NCBI GenBank assembly: GCA_044344255.1
Contig: JBIJDH010000005.1
Coordinates: forward strand, 256,001-320,000
Source of the DNA: Myxococcota bacterium
GTDB lineage: Bacteria; Myxococcota_A; UBA796; UBA2385
Reading direction: 5' to 3'
Length of the DNA: 64,000 bases
In this document: in pieces, positions 40,724 to 50,638 of the stretch
How the letters are laid out: every line of letters starts with the position of its first letter
How positions within the stretch are numbered: position 1 is the first letter of the stretch
Notes under the pieces: model-generated
Database searches by the model: none
What the model was told of the DNA's origin: nothing
What the model saw: only the letters and a program-made list of their open reading frames with translations
Translations under genes and position numbers: made by a program

Positions 40724-41829
40724 AGGTCCTGTACCTGCTGCGGTACTACCCGACGCTCACGGAGACCTTCGTGAACGGCGAGCTGGCGCTGCTGCGGGAG
40801 CGCGGCCTTGACCTCACCGTGGCCAGCCTCGGCGCCCGCGCGGACGGGGCGCTGCAGGACGAGCTTCCGGACCTGCCGGTGTGGGCGGTGCCGCGGCGCA
40901 GCCTCCGGGGCTGGCTGTCCACCCCGAGCGCGGGGGCCCGCTGGCTGGCTGCCTGGCAGCGACCGAAAGATGTTCGACGTTACACCTGGCTGCTCTCGGA
41001 GGTCGCCCGCGACCGTCCGGACCGGGTGCATGTCCACTTCGCCGGGGAGGCCGCCGAGTGGGCCTTTGCCCTCTCCCTCGACCTCGGGCTCCCCTTCACG
41101 GTCACGGTCCACGCCGTCGACCTCTTCAAGCCGAGGCCCGCGCTCGGCGAGGTGCTGCGCGGGGCCGCTGCCGTGGTGACCGAGTCCGCCTTCCATGTGC
41201 GAGCGCTCGCGGTGCACGGCGTCTCCGCGGTGGTCGTGCGCTGCGGGCCCGATCTTGATCGCTTCGTGCCACGCCCCCTGCCCGACGGCCCCCTCCGCGC
41301 CCTCTTCGTCGGGCGGGACGTGCCCAAGAAGGGGCTCGACACGCTGCTCCAGGCCTGGCCCTCCGCGCCGCAGGGCTCGACGCTCTCGCTCATCACCGAC
41401 GCGCGCGCCGCGTTGCCGGCGGGGGTCGAGCGCCTCGGCCTGCTCCCCCCGGCCGGGGTGCGGGCCGCCCTGGCCGCGGCCAACCTCTTCGTGCTGCCCT
41501 GCCGGCGCGCCGCGGACGGCGACATGGATGGCGTGCCGCTCGCGCTCATGGAGGCGATGGCGATGGGGCGGCCGGTGATCAGCACGGCGCTGTCGGGCAT
41601 CCCCGAGCTGGTGGATGAGCGGGTGGGGTGGCTCTTGCCTGCCGACGACGCCCCCACCCTCGCCCAGGCCCTCGTCGGGGCGCTCGGCGCCGCCGCTGAC
41701 CCGGTTGAGCGGGCGCGGCGCGGCGCGGCCGGCCCGGCGAGGTTGGTCGAAGGTGGCTTCTCTCGCGAGGCGCAGGCGGAGGGTATGATCCGCGTCTGGC
41801 AAGGCAGAAGCCTGCGGCCCGTTGCCTAA
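40720..41829 (+). CDS. Glycosyltransferase family 4 (WcaL-like)
   Basis: 'YPTLTETF', 'HVHFA', 'KKG', 'DGVPLALMEAMA', 'SGIPEL'. Confidence 0.88.
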   Translation: MKVLYLLRYYPTLTETFVNGELALLRERGLDLTVASLGARADGALQDELPDLPVWAVPRRSLRGWLSTPSAGARWLAAWQRPKDVRRYTWLLSEVARDRPDRVHVHFAGEAAEWAFALSLDLGLPFTVTVHAVDLFKPRPALGEVLRGAAAVVTESAFHVRALAVHGVSAVVVRCGPDLDRFVPRPLPDGPLRALFVGRDVPKKGLDTLLQAWPSAPQGSTLSLITDARAALPAGVERLGLLPPAGVRAALAAANLFVLPCRRAADGDMDGVPLALMEAMAMGRPVISTALSGIPELVDERVGWLLPADDAPTLAQALVGALGAAADPVERARRGAAGPARLVEGGFSREAQAEGMIRVWQGRSLRPVA

Positions 41830-41939
41830 AGTTTACTTGCAGGACCGCGCCGATTCTGGGATACCTTGGGCCGTCGTCATGGCTCGCTACGGGCGCCTCT
41901 CGAGAGGCTTCGCTCCTCGCGTGCCGCTTAGGAGTCAGC

Positions 41940-42869
41940 ATGGGGCGTTCTTCCGGTCTTGTCATCGCGCTCTTCTTGGTGTCCTGCGGCACCGACTACA
42001 ACGTCGCTGGCGAGAAGCCCGAGGAGCACCCCGGGCGCGACGAGGACACCTCCAAGCCGGTGGTCGACACCGATGATCCGATCCCCGAAGAGACGGGCGA
42101 TCCCATCATCGACTCGGGCGGCACCACCGTTGACCCTGAGGCCCCCGTCGCCGTCTGCGCGGTGAACCCCACCTCGGTGCACCCCCCCTACGAGTCCGCC
42201 CAGTGGCTCGGCACGGGCTCCTATGACCCCATGGGCCAGGAGATCACCGGCTACACCTGGACGCTCGTGAGCCAGCCCTCTGGCTCCTCCGTCACCATGC
42301 CCTCCTGCAGCTCCTCGGTCTGCTCGGGCTTCAAGCCCGACCTCGCGGGCACTTACACGGGGCGCCTCGTGGTGAAGACCGCCGACGGTCGCACCTCCCC
42401 CCCCTGTGAGACCGATCTCGAGGCCGTGCCCACCGAGGACTTCTGGGTCGAGATGTACTGGACCCACGCCAACGACGACATGGACCTCCACCTCCTCGCG
42501 CCGGGCGGCACCTTTCAGGACATGTGGGGCACCGACTGCTACTACATCAACTGTACGCCCTCGATGGGCTCCGTGGACTGGGGCGTGATGGGGGACAGCA
42601 GCGATGACCCCACCCTCGACCTCGATGACATCCCGGGCGTCGGCCCCGAGAACATCAACATCCAAGACCCTGGAAACGGCGACTACACGGTCATCGTTCA
42701 CGACTACACGGGCAGCACCCCCGATTACACGGGCGGCAACAGCGTCACCGTCAACATCTACGTGGGCGGTTCGCTCGTGTGGACCGACACCCGCTCGATC
42801 AGCGGCGACGGCTCGGCCGAGTACTTCGCCAAGGTGAGCTGGCCCTCCGGCACCGTCACCTCCCTCTGA
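41940..42869 (+). CDS. Lipoprotein with PKD-like and YfaP-like beta domains
   Basis: LVSC lipobox, 'SYDP.G..ITGYTW', 'DMDLHL', 'LDLDD..G.GPENI'. Confidence 0.7.
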   Translation: MGRSSGLVIALFLVSCGTDYNVAGEKPEEHPGRDEDTSKPVVDTDDPIPEETGDPIIDSGGTTVDPEAPVAVCAVNPTSVHPPYESAQWLGTGSYDPMGQEITGYTWTLVSQPSGSSVTMPSCSSSVCSGFKPDLAGTYTGRLVVKTADGRTSPPCETDLEAVPTEDFWVEMYWTHANDDMDLHLLAPGGTFQDMWGTDCYYINCTPSMGSVDWGVMGDSSDDPTLDLDDIPGVGPENINIQDPGNGDYTVIVHDYTGSTPDYTGGNSVTVNIYVGGSLVWTDTRSISGDGSAEYFAKVSWPSGTVTSL

Positions 42870-42896
42870 GGGGGCCGCGGGAGGGGCGAGCTCGGG

Positions 42897-44405
42897 ATGG
42901 ATCCCCGCCCCCTCCGCGCCTGGCTCGAGGTCGCGGCGGCTACCGGTGACCGCGTGTTGGCCGCTGAGGCGGCAGCGCGCGCGGTTCGAGGAGACGGCTG
43001 GGACGTCGTGACCCGCGCCGGACCGCTCTCGCGGGCGTCCTTGGCGGTCGCCGACGTGGACCTGGGGCTCGACCACCGCCTGGAGGTCCGCCCGATCTCC
43101 ACGCCCTCGCTGATCGCGCAGGTGCCCGCCGGGGCGCCCTACCCGGTCTGGGACGCCGGCGACCGCAAGCGGCGCGGCGCCTGGGACACGCCGCCCGAGC
43201 TGGTCCGTCGGGTGGTCGACCTCGCGCTCGCGGCCACCGCCCGGCGCCTCTCGCGGGGCGTCGACCCCGCCTGCGGCACCGGGGGCTTCCTCGTCGCCCT
43301 CGCCGAGCGTGGGGTGGAGCAGGTCGCTGGCGTGGAGCTCGATGCGGCCGCCGCCGCGGTGGCCCGGGTGGCGGTGCCCAAGGCTCGGGTCGTGGTGGCC
43401 GACGGCCTCACGCTCGACTTCGAGGCCGATCTCGTCGTCGGCAACCCGCCCTTCGTCGCCCCCGAGCACCAGGACAAGGCCAGCCGGGCGGCGACCCGCG
43501 CGGCGGTCCCGGGGCTGGTGGGGCGCTTTGACCTCGCCGTGCCCTTCGCGACCCGCGGCGTGGAGCGGCTGCGGCCCGGTGGGGGCCTCGGGATGGTGCT
43601 GCCAGCCTCGATCTTCTGCGAGCCCTATGCCCAGGCGCTGCGATCGGCCTGGCTGCGGGAGGAGGCGATCACCGGGCTCGTCGGCCCGCTCGACTTCCCG
43701 GGGGCCCGGGGGCGCGTGATGCTGCTCGGGCTGCGGCGGGGCGGGCCGCCGGTGCCCCTGCCCTCGGGCGCGCTGCCGACCGAGCTGCTCTCCCTGCAAG
43801 GCGCGCCGCTCGATCCGATCATCCTCCCCGGAGACGCCGAGCTGGTGCGGCGGATCCACGGTCGCAGCCTGCCGCTCGGCGCGCTCTGTGAGGTGGACAC
43901 GGGGGTGGTCTCTCACGGCCCGCGAGGCGGGAAGGCCGCCCTCCTCGAGGCCGCGCCGGGGCCGGGCCTCGTGCCTTATGTGGACGCCGCCGACCTCGGG
44001 CGGGGGGCGGTCCGGGGCCTCCGCTACGAACCGGCGCAGATGCACCGCGCCAAGCGGCCTGGGCTCTTCTCGGCGCCCAAGCTGCTCGTCCAGCGCATCC
44101 GCGGCGGGGGCCCGCTCCGTGTCTGGCTCGATGAGGCCGGCCTATTCGCAGGCCACACCCTGCTCGTGGTCCTCCCCCGCCCCGGCGCTCCGCCTTTGGC
44201 TCGGCTCCAGGCCCTGCTCCAGAGCCCGCTCGTCCAGGGGTTGCTGCGGCTCGACTGGGGCGCCCGCCTCGACCTCTACCCGCGCGACCTCGCCGCGCTG
44301 CCCGTCCCCGTCACCTGGCTGGAGGCGCCCTCGGCCCCCCTCGAGGTCGCCTGGGAGCTCAAGCCCGACGAGGTCCGCCGGCTCGAGGCCGTCGCGGCGG
44401 GCTGA
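42897..44405 (+). CDS. N6-adenine DNA methyltransferase (gamma class, TaqI/Eco57I-like)
   Basis: 'GAWDTP', motif I 'DPACGTGGFL', motif IV 'GNPPF', C-terminal 'FSAPKLLV' TaqI_C-like region. Confidence 0.8.
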   Translation: MDPRPLRAWLEVAAATGDRVLAAEAAARAVRGDGWDVVTRAGPLSRASLAVADVDLGLDHRLEVRPISTPSLIAQVPAGAPYPVWDAGDRKRRGAWDTPPELVRRVVDLALAATARRLSRGVDPACGTGGFLVALAERGVEQVAGVELDAAAAAVARVAVPKARVVVADGLTLDFEADLVVGNPPFVAPEHQDKASRAATRAAVPGLVGRFDLAVPFATRGVERLRPGGGLGMVLPASIFCEPYAQALRSAWLREEAITGLVGPLDFPGARGRVMLLGLRRGGPPVPLPSGALPTELLSLQGAPLDPIILPGDAELVRRIHGRSLPLGALCEVDTGVVSHGPRGGKAALLEAAPGPGLVPYVDAADLGRGAVRGLRYEPAQMHRAKRPGLFSAPKLLVQRIRGGGPLRVWLDEAGLFAGHTLLVVLPRPGAPPLARLQALLQSPLVQGLLRLDWGARLDLYPRDLAALPVPVTWLEAPSAPLEVAWELKPDEVRRLEAVAAG

Positions 44406-44408
44406 ATG

Positions 44409-45005
44409 TCACTTCTTGCTCTTGGCTCCGCCGCCCTTACCGCCACCCTTGCCGCCGCCTCCGCCTCCGCCGCTGCGGCCGCCGAAGCCGATGGACTGGA
44501 CGAGGAGCCCTGCGAAGGTCACCCCGCCGAGGATCCAGAGGTCGCCCTCGCGGCCGAGGGCCCAGGCCACGCAGAAGGCGCCGAGCACGCTCGTGATGGC
44601 GGGGAGGAGGCTCTGGTAGAGGTAGGGGAAGGTGAGCACGCCGACGGCCGCCCCCAGCGCCGGGATCCACCAGCGGTCCGGATTGCTGTGTAAGAACCAG
44701 GGCGCCAGCAGGCGCGCGGCCGCCCCGCCTACCGCCGCCCCCGTCCCGCGGATGGCGATGCGTTCGGCGAAGTGGAAGATCAGGGCCAGGGCGACCGCGA
44801 GGCCGACCATCAGCGCCAGCTCGACCAGGTCGCTCTGCCCGCGCCCGAGCGTGTGACCGGCCCAGCCGCCGATCGCCACGCCGGGCGCCACGACGGCGAG
44901 CCGGTAGACCCGGGAGCCTACGAGGGCGAGCACCGCGCCGGTGAGACCGACGAGGATGCGAGGGTCGAGGAGTCGTTCGAGGAGATCGTGGGCGTTCAGG
45001 CTCAT
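44409..45005 (-). CDS. Multi-TM membrane protein (DUF4203-like)
   Basis: About 7 hydrophobic segments; Gly/Lys tail. Confidence 0.6.
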   Translation of the reverse strand: MSLNAHDLLERLLDPRILVGLTGAVLALVGSRVYRLAVVAPGVAIGGWAGHTLGRGQSDLVELALMVGLAVALALIFHFAERIAIRGTGAAVGGAAARLLAPWFLHSNPDRWWIPALGAAVGVLTFPYLYQSLLPAITSVLGAFCVAWALGREGDLWILGGVTFAGLLVQSIGFGGRSGGGGGGGKGGGKGGGAKSKK

Positions 45006-45063
45006 CGGGGCACCGGGGGAGAGTGCGGGATGATAAGCACGAGGCTTCACCGAAAGGGTCCCC

Positions 45064-45702
45064 ATGGAAGCCATTTCGACAAGTCAGATCGTTGCCATGG
45101 CCGGCGGCCTCGTCTGTTGCCTCGGTGTGGCCCTGTTGATCGTCATCGTCGCCGTGTTCCTGCTGCGTCGAAAGAAGGGGCCCGGAGACGACTCTGCCGC
45201 GCCGGTGAGCCCGGCTGCCGTCGGTTCGGGTGGCGGCGCGCCCTTTGCGGTGGCGGGGAAGGGTAAGGCGGTTGATGCCCCGGTCCCGGTCCCCGATGAC
45301 CTCCCGGGTGACATGGGCGAGGTCGCGCCCAGCCGGCCCTCGGCGGCCAGCCCCGCCGCGCGTCCGCCGGCCCCGCCGCCGGCGGCCAAGCCGCGCTCCT
45401 CGGCCCCCGCCTCCCCCGACTCCACCATGCTCCCGCCGCCGGACATGCCGATCCCCCCGGACAAGCCTGTTTATACGGACGAGCCCGGCGTAGCGCGCAC
45501 CCCGCCGCGGCCTGCGGGGCGGCCGGCGGCCAGCACGGCGCCTCCCGCCTCCTTCCAGTCTGTGAAGCTCGACTCCCCCTCTGGCCGGCAGCTCAAGCCG
45601 GGCGCCACCATCGTCCCGGATGATGACTGGGTCGACGAGCAGGTGCCCGAAGGCGACGCCACCGTGCTCTTCCCGCGCGGCAGTCCGAAGAAGACGGACT
45701 GA
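45064..45702 (+). CDS. Pro-rich membrane-anchored hypothetical protein
   Basis: N-terminal TM followed by RRKK; disordered Pro/Ala body. Confidence 0.6.
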   Translation: MEAISTSQIVAMAGGLVCCLGVALLIVIVAVFLLRRKKGPGDDSAAPVSPAAVGSGGGAPFAVAGKGKAVDAPVPVPDDLPGDMGEVAPSRPSAASPAARPPAPPPAAKPRSSAPASPDSTMLPPPDMPIPPDKPVYTDEPGVARTPPRPAGRPAASTAPPASFQSVKLDSPSGRQLKPGATIVPDDDWVDEQVPEGDATVLFPRGSPKKTD

Positions 45703-45717
45703 ACGAACAGGACTCCG

Positions 45718-46839
45718 ATGAAGAAGACTCCGCTCTTCCTGCAGCACGTAAGCCGTGGGGCCGTCACCGAGGTGCACGGCGACTGGCTGCTCGCCGAGCG
45801 CTTCGCCGCTGTGGAGGCCGAGGTGGCGAGCGTGCGCGCGGGCGCCGGCCTCTTTGACCTCTGCGACACCGAGGTCTGGGAGCTCCACAGCCCCGACATC
45901 CGGCGCTGGGCCAACGGGATGTTCACGAACAACCTGAAGAAGCCCAAGGTGGGGGAGGGCAATCGTAACGCCCTCTGTGACGATCGAGGGAGGGTCCACG
46001 GCCTGATTGACCTCTACCTCCTCGCCGAAGACCGCCTGCTCGTGGTGGGCGACGGGGTCAGCCGCGCCGCCTTCGAGCAGCGCTACGAGATGTACCTCAC
46101 CCTCGACGACGTCGAGGTGGTGGACGTCGCAGGCGCGCCCTCCCTGCTCTCGCTGCAGGGGCCGGGCGCGGAGGCGGTGCTCGCCGCGGCGGGCCTCCCC
46201 ATCCCGTCGAAGGATCACGCCCACGGCTTTGTGGGGGGAGATCCGCTGGCGGCGGGGCTCCGGGTGATGCGACGCGACCGCCTGGGGCTCGGGGGCTTCG
46301 ATCTCCTCGTCCCGGCGAGCGCCCTCGGGGAGAGCTGGGAGGCCCTCCTCCGGCTCGGCGCGACCCCAGCCGGAGCGGCCAGCTTTGAGGTCCTCCGCGT
46401 GGTCGCCGGGCGCGCCCGCTGGCCCCAGGACGCCGTCGAGCGCTCGATGGTGCACGAGCTCCGCCTCGCCGCCGAGGTCTGTGCCTTCGACAAGGGTTGT
46501 TATGTGGGGCAGGAGGTCCTCAACCGCGTGGACATCAAGGGCTCGATCAACTGGAAGCTGATGGGCCTCGAGCTCGCGGAGGACGCGCTGCCGCCCGCAG
46601 GCGCCGCGGTGGTGGTGGCCGATGCGGACGGCGGGAGCGAGGAGGTGGGCAAGATCACGAGCGCCTGCCGCTTCGCCGGCCGGGTGTTGGCCCTCGGCGC
46701 GCTGAAGAAGATCGCCTGGACGCCCGGCGCCCCGGTGACCGTGGTCGCGGGAGATCGACGCGTCGCGGCGGTGGTCTGTGAGCTCCCCTTCCGTGGGGGC
46801 GTGGCGGAGCACCCTCAGGACGCCTCTGTCCTCGCCTGA
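45718..46839 (+). CDS. YgfZ/GcvT-family folate-binding protein
   Basis: 'KTPL', 'LSLQGP', YgfZ signature 'KGCYVGQE'. Confidence 0.88.
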   Translation: MKKTPLFLQHVSRGAVTEVHGDWLLAERFAAVEAEVASVRAGAGLFDLCDTEVWELHSPDIRRWANGMFTNNLKKPKVGEGNRNALCDDRGRVHGLIDLYLLAEDRLLVVGDGVSRAAFEQRYEMYLTLDDVEVVDVAGAPSLLSLQGPGAEAVLAAAGLPIPSKDHAHGFVGGDPLAAGLRVMRRDRLGLGGFDLLVPASALGESWEALLRLGATPAGAASFEVLRVVAGRARWPQDAVERSMVHELRLAAEVCAFDKGCYVGQEVLNRVDIKGSINWKLMGLELAEDALPPAGAAVVVADADGGSEEVGKITSACRFAGRVLALGALKKIAWTPGAPVTVVAGDRRVAAVVCELPFRGGVAEHPQDASVLA

Positions 46840-48226
46840 GTCGGCGTCGCTGTCGTCGCTGTCGTCGGCGCGGCCGGGCGGAGGGGAGGCCACGGTCTCT
46901 GCGGCCGTGCAGCTGCCGGGCACCGTGGTCGAGACCTTCCTGCGCCGGGCGGCGGCGCGGGGGGAGCGCTCCCTGGCCGGGATCCGGATCGGGATCTGCC
47001 TCATCGGCATCGCCAACTTCCTGATCGTGGCCCAGGGCTGGGAGCCCCTCCTCCGCGGGGAGCCGAAGCAGGTCATCATCGTGACGGTGATGTCGTCGGG
47101 GGTGCTCTTCTCGTTGGGGGTCCGTCGGCGCCTGCGCGACCACCCGGCGACGCCCTTCCTGCTCGACCTCTCGGTGCTCCAAGACGCGCTGCTCACCCTG
47201 GTCGTGATGACCTGCTCCGTCGTGTGGCCTGTCGAGCACTACTCCGGGATGATGGGGCTCCCCAACCAGACGATGCTGTCGCTGGCGCTCGTGGGCTCGG
47301 GTTTCCGCCTGTCTCCTCGCGCGGTGTGGGTGGGGGCGGCGGTGATCTGGAGCTGGACGGTGGTGCTGCTCGTCTACGACACCACCTACCAGCTCGTCCC
47401 CTCCACCACGCCCGATGACTTCGGTGTCTTCGGGCTGCTCATGGTCTCGGCGGGGCTGCTCGGCCTCGGCGTGGCCACCCGCACCCGCAGCCTCGTGAGC
47501 GAAGGCGCCCAGGCCGTGGTCCAGGCCGAACGGGCGCGACAGCGACTCGGGGTCTACGTCTCGGAGGCGGTGGCCGAAGAGGTGATGGCGAGCGAGGTGC
47601 TCTCCCGGGGCGGCAGCCGAAGGAGGGTGGCCGTGCTCTTCTCCGACCTCCGCGGCTTCACCCAGTACAGCGAGAAGCTCGATCCTGAGCAGCTCGTCCG
47701 CGAGCTGAACGCCTACCTCGAGGCGATGGGCACGGTCATCCGCGAGGAGGGTGGGGTGGTCGACAAGTACATCGGCGACGCCATCATGGTGGTCTTCGGC
47801 GTCCCGCTGACGCGGGGCGACGAGGCCGAGCGCGCCATCCGCACGGCGGGCCGGATGCAGGAGGCGCTGGAGGCTCACAACCGCGACCGGGCCGCCCGCG
47901 GGCTCGCAGGGCTCCAGCAGGGCGTCGGCGTGCATTGGGGTGAGGCCGTCGCCGGCAACATCGGCACCGAAGATCGGCTCCAGTACACGGTCATCGGCGA
48001 TGTCGTGAACCTCGCGAGCCGGCTCGAAGGGGCGACCAAGGAGCTCAAGCTCCCCGTCCTGCTGTCTGCAGACGTAGTGCAGGCCGCGCGGGCCAGCGGT
48101 GGCGCCATCCCCGCGCTCCACTCGGCTGGTCGGCTGTCGGTGCGAGGGCGGGAGGGGGCGCTCGAGGTCTTTGGCCTCTCCGGGCAGGGCGGCGTCCCCT
48201 CGCCGCCGCCGACCCCGATGGGCTGA
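46778..48226 (+). CDS. Membrane-bound class III adenylate/guanylate cyclase
   Basis: Several TMs; 'VLFSDLRGFT', 'DKYIGDAIM', 'YTVIGDVVNLASRLE'. True start may be nearer 46907. Confidence 0.9.
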   Translation: MSSPSVGAWRSTLRTPLSSPESASLSSLSSARPGGGEATVSAAVQLPGTVVETFLRRAAARGERSLAGIRIGICLIGIANFLIVAQGWEPLLRGEPKQVIIVTVMSSGVLFSLGVRRRLRDHPATPFLLDLSVLQDALLTLVVMTCSVVWPVEHYSGMMGLPNQTMLSLALVGSGFRLSPRAVWVGAAVIWSWTVVLLVYDTTYQLVPSTTPDDFGVFGLLMVSAGLLGLGVATRTRSLVSEGAQAVVQAERARQRLGVYVSEAVAEEVMASEVLSRGGSRRRVAVLFSDLRGFTQYSEKLDPEQLVRELNAYLEAMGTVIREEGGVVDKYIGDAIMVVFGVPLTRGDEAERAIRTAGRMQEALEAHNRDRAARGLAGLQQGVGVHWGEAVAGNIGTEDRLQYTVIGDVVNLASRLEGATKELKLPVLLSADVVQAARASGGAIPALHSAGRLSVRGREGALEVFGLSGQGGVPSPPPTPMG

Positions 48227-48259
48227 AGGCGCTAGGCGGACGGCGGCGCGCGGCGGCGA

Positions 48260-48826
48260 TCAGCGGCTCGTGTTCATCTCGGCGCTCAAGTAGGCCCAGT
48301 CGAAGTCCTGTTCGATCGAGATCAGCGACGTGCCGCCTTCGACGCCGCCCTCGAAGGGGACGTCCATCGAGTCCCAGCCGAAGTCGATCGTCCAGGAGCC
48401 GCTGATCGAGCCGAATTCCGCCTTGCCGCTGAGGTCGCCCTCGAAGCCGCGGCCCCAGTCGGGGTCGATGCAGGCCGCGTAGCCGGAGAGCGAGCCGTCT
48501 TCTTGGATGGTGAAGGAGACCTCCCCGTTACAGGAGCCGGTCCCGCCCTCCCAGCCGCCGCCGCCCGAATACTCGATGGTCCCGAGCATCTCCCCGTTGT
48601 ACTCGCCGGCGTCCGAGGGCGGGTCAGCGTCGCTGTCGGCGTCGCTGTCGGAGTCGGCGTCACTGTCGGAGTCGCTGTCGGAGTCGGCGTCGCTGTCGGA
48701 GTCGGCGTCGCTGTCGGCGTCCGACTCGTTAGCGCCGTCGGCGCCGTCCTGGTTCACGGACCCGGTGTCGCCGCCGAGGACGACCTTGCCTGCGCCACAG
48801 GCGATGAAGAGTAGGGTGAGCAGCAT
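48260..48826 (-). CDS. Lipoprotein with Ser-Asp/Ala-Asp repeat linker
   Basis: FIAC lipobox; 'SDADSDADSDSDAD...' tract at ~48625-48727. Confidence 0.75.
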   Translation of the reverse strand: MLLTLLFIACGAGKVVLGGDTGSVNQDGADGANESDADSDADSDSDADSDSDSDSDADSDSDADSDADPPSDAGEYNGEMLGTIEYSGGGGWEGGTGSCNGEVSFTIQEDGSLSGYAACIDPDWGRGFEGDLSGKAEFGSISGSWTIDFGWDSMDVPFEGGVEGGTSLISIEQDFDWAYLSAEMNTSR

Positions 48827-48943
48827 CGAGCCTCCAAGTGGGGCGATGCCCGTCGACCCACCAGACCGATCGCGGCGGCGCCACGATCCCTCTGGCTCCG
48901 TACTCAGCCCCGTCCACAGCCGCCGGGCTACCTTCCGGCCCCC

Positions 48944-50638
48944 GTGGTGGAGCTCCCGCTGTCCCGTTGGTTGTTCCGACTCGCGCCCCTCGTCCTGCCC
49001 GCGATCTGGCTCGCACAGGCGCGCGGCCTCGCCCTCGGCCGGCGCACCGGCGACCTCGTGAGCCACGTCTGGGCGGTCTGGAACGGCCTCCAGGGGGACC
49101 CCACCCGCAGCGCGCTCGTCGGCTTCCCGGCGGGGGTCGATCTCCTCACCATCTATGGCGGCTGGCTGCACACCTTCGTCGGGGTGCTCCTGGCCCGGGC
49201 CGGCCTCTCGCCGGTGCTCGCTTACTCTGCGGCGCTCGCGCTGATGCTCGCCGGGACGGGGCTCGGGGCCTATGTCCTCGCCCGGTCGGTGGGCCTCGGG
49301 CGCCCGGCCGCGGCCCTCGCGGCCCTCCTGCTCGAGCTCGACGGCTGGGTGCTCTACAACGCGATGGACGGGCGACCGGAGCACGCGGGCTTCGGCCCCC
49401 TCTGCCTCGCGCTGGCCGGGGCGGTGGTCACCGCGCGCGGAGACGGCCCGCGCTGGGCGCCTGTCGCCACCGGGCTCGCCGGGGCCCTCGTCTTCGTGGT
49501 GGGCTGGGAGCAGGCCCTCTGGCTCTTCCTCGCCATGCTGTGGTTGCTCCCGGCCCTCGTGGGGGGCGCCCCCGATCGGCGAGGGGCCGTTCGGCGCCTC
49601 GGCCTCGCGGCGGGCGTGGCCCTCCTCGCCGCCGCTCCCTGGGTGGGCCTGTTCTTCTCGCGCGCGCTCGGCGCCCGACACCTCTCTGAAGGCGCGGCGA
49701 TGCTCGGGTACGCGCGCGACCAGAGCCTCGTCCTCGAGCAGTGGGCGGTCGGCTTCGGGCGGCAGCCCGCTCGCGCCGGCCTGCTCCTGCTGCTGGCCTC
49801 ACCCATCCTCGTCCCCCGCGGGGAGCGGGGCCGCGCCCTCTGGCTGCTCGTCGGCCTCGGCCTCTCTCTCGTGCTGGCGCTCGGCCCCGCGCCCGGGCTC
49901 CGCCGCGTGGGCGACCTCGGCCTCACGGGCCCCTACGCCTGGATGCAGGTCACGCCGGTCCTCGGCTGGTTCCACTCTCCGGCCCGCCTCGCCATGGGGC
50001 TCTCCTTCGCCTCCACCCTCGCCGCCGCCTTCGCGGTCGAGCGCCTCGCGGGCTGGCTCCGCGCTCGAGGGGCCCCGCGCACGGCCGGGATCGCGGGCGC
50101 CCTCGTCGGGCTCGGCCTGCTCGGGGCGTCTGGCTGGGAGCTCGCTCAGGCGCGAGACTGGCCCCGCGGCGGCTTCAGCCTGCCCGAGCGTCCGGAGGTG
50201 ACGGCCGTGGGGGAGCGCCCCGGGGCCGGCGTGGTGGTCGACCTGCCGGTGTCTCGCCAGGGGGTGCACGCGCAGGACAACCAGCTCAATCAGCTCCTGC
50301 ACCAGCGGCCGATCCCCGGCCACGCCTGGCTCCCCTGGCTGGCCTCCGATCGCACGGCCGACGCCTTGGCCTTGGCGCCCCTGCTGCGCTGGGCCTCCGA
50401 CAGCACCACGCTCGAGGCCCCCCCCTTCTCGGAGGCCGATCGACAGGCCCTCCTCGCCGCGGGCTACCGCTTCATCGGCCTCACCCCTCGGTACCTCGGC
50501 CGCGATCGGGCGGCGGCGGTGAGCGAGGCGATGCAGGAGGCGCTGGGGCCGCCGATGACGGGCCGCTCGGCGCGCTGGCTCTGTTGGGATCTGGAGGGCG
50601 TGCGGCTGCGGCCGGCGGATCAGGGCGCGGCGCAGTAG
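48944..50638 (+). CDS. Polytopic membrane protein, GT-C/YfhO-like
   Basis: 'GFPAGVDL', 'LALGP', 'PARL', 'VVDLP', 'QLLHQRP' parallel the motifs of 227-1993. Confidence 0.6.
   Translation: MVELPLSRWLFRLAPLVLPAIWLAQARGLALGRRTGDLVSHVWAVWNGLQGDPTRSALVGFPAGVDLLTIYGGWLHTFVGVLLARAGLSPVLAYSAALALMLAGTGLGAYVLARSVGLGRPAAALAALLLELDGWVLYNAMDGRPEHAGFGPLCLALAGAVVTARGDGPRWAPVATGLAGALVFVVGWEQALWLFLAMLWLLPALVGGAPDRRGAVRRLGLAAGVALLAAAPWVGLFFSRALGARHLSEGAAMLGYARDQSLVLEQWAVGFGRQPARAGLLLLLASPILVPRGERGRALWLLVGLGLSLVLALGPAPGLRRVGDLGLTGPYAWMQVTPVLGWFHSPARLAMGLSFASTLAAAFAVERLAGWLRARGAPRTAGIAGALVGLGLLGASGWELAQARDWPRGGFSLPERPEVTAVGERPGAGVVVDLPVSRQGVHAQDNQLNQLLHQRPIPGHAWLPWLASDRTADALALAPLLRWASDSTTLEAPPFSEADRQALLAAGYRFIGLTPRYLGRDRAAAVSEAMQEALGPPMTGRSARWLCWDLEGVRLRPADQGAAQ

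Noticed and set aside
48625..48727. SD repeats as a staphylococcal Sdr-type adhesin
   Set aside because: Short linker in a small lipoprotein; no LPXTG or adhesin domains.
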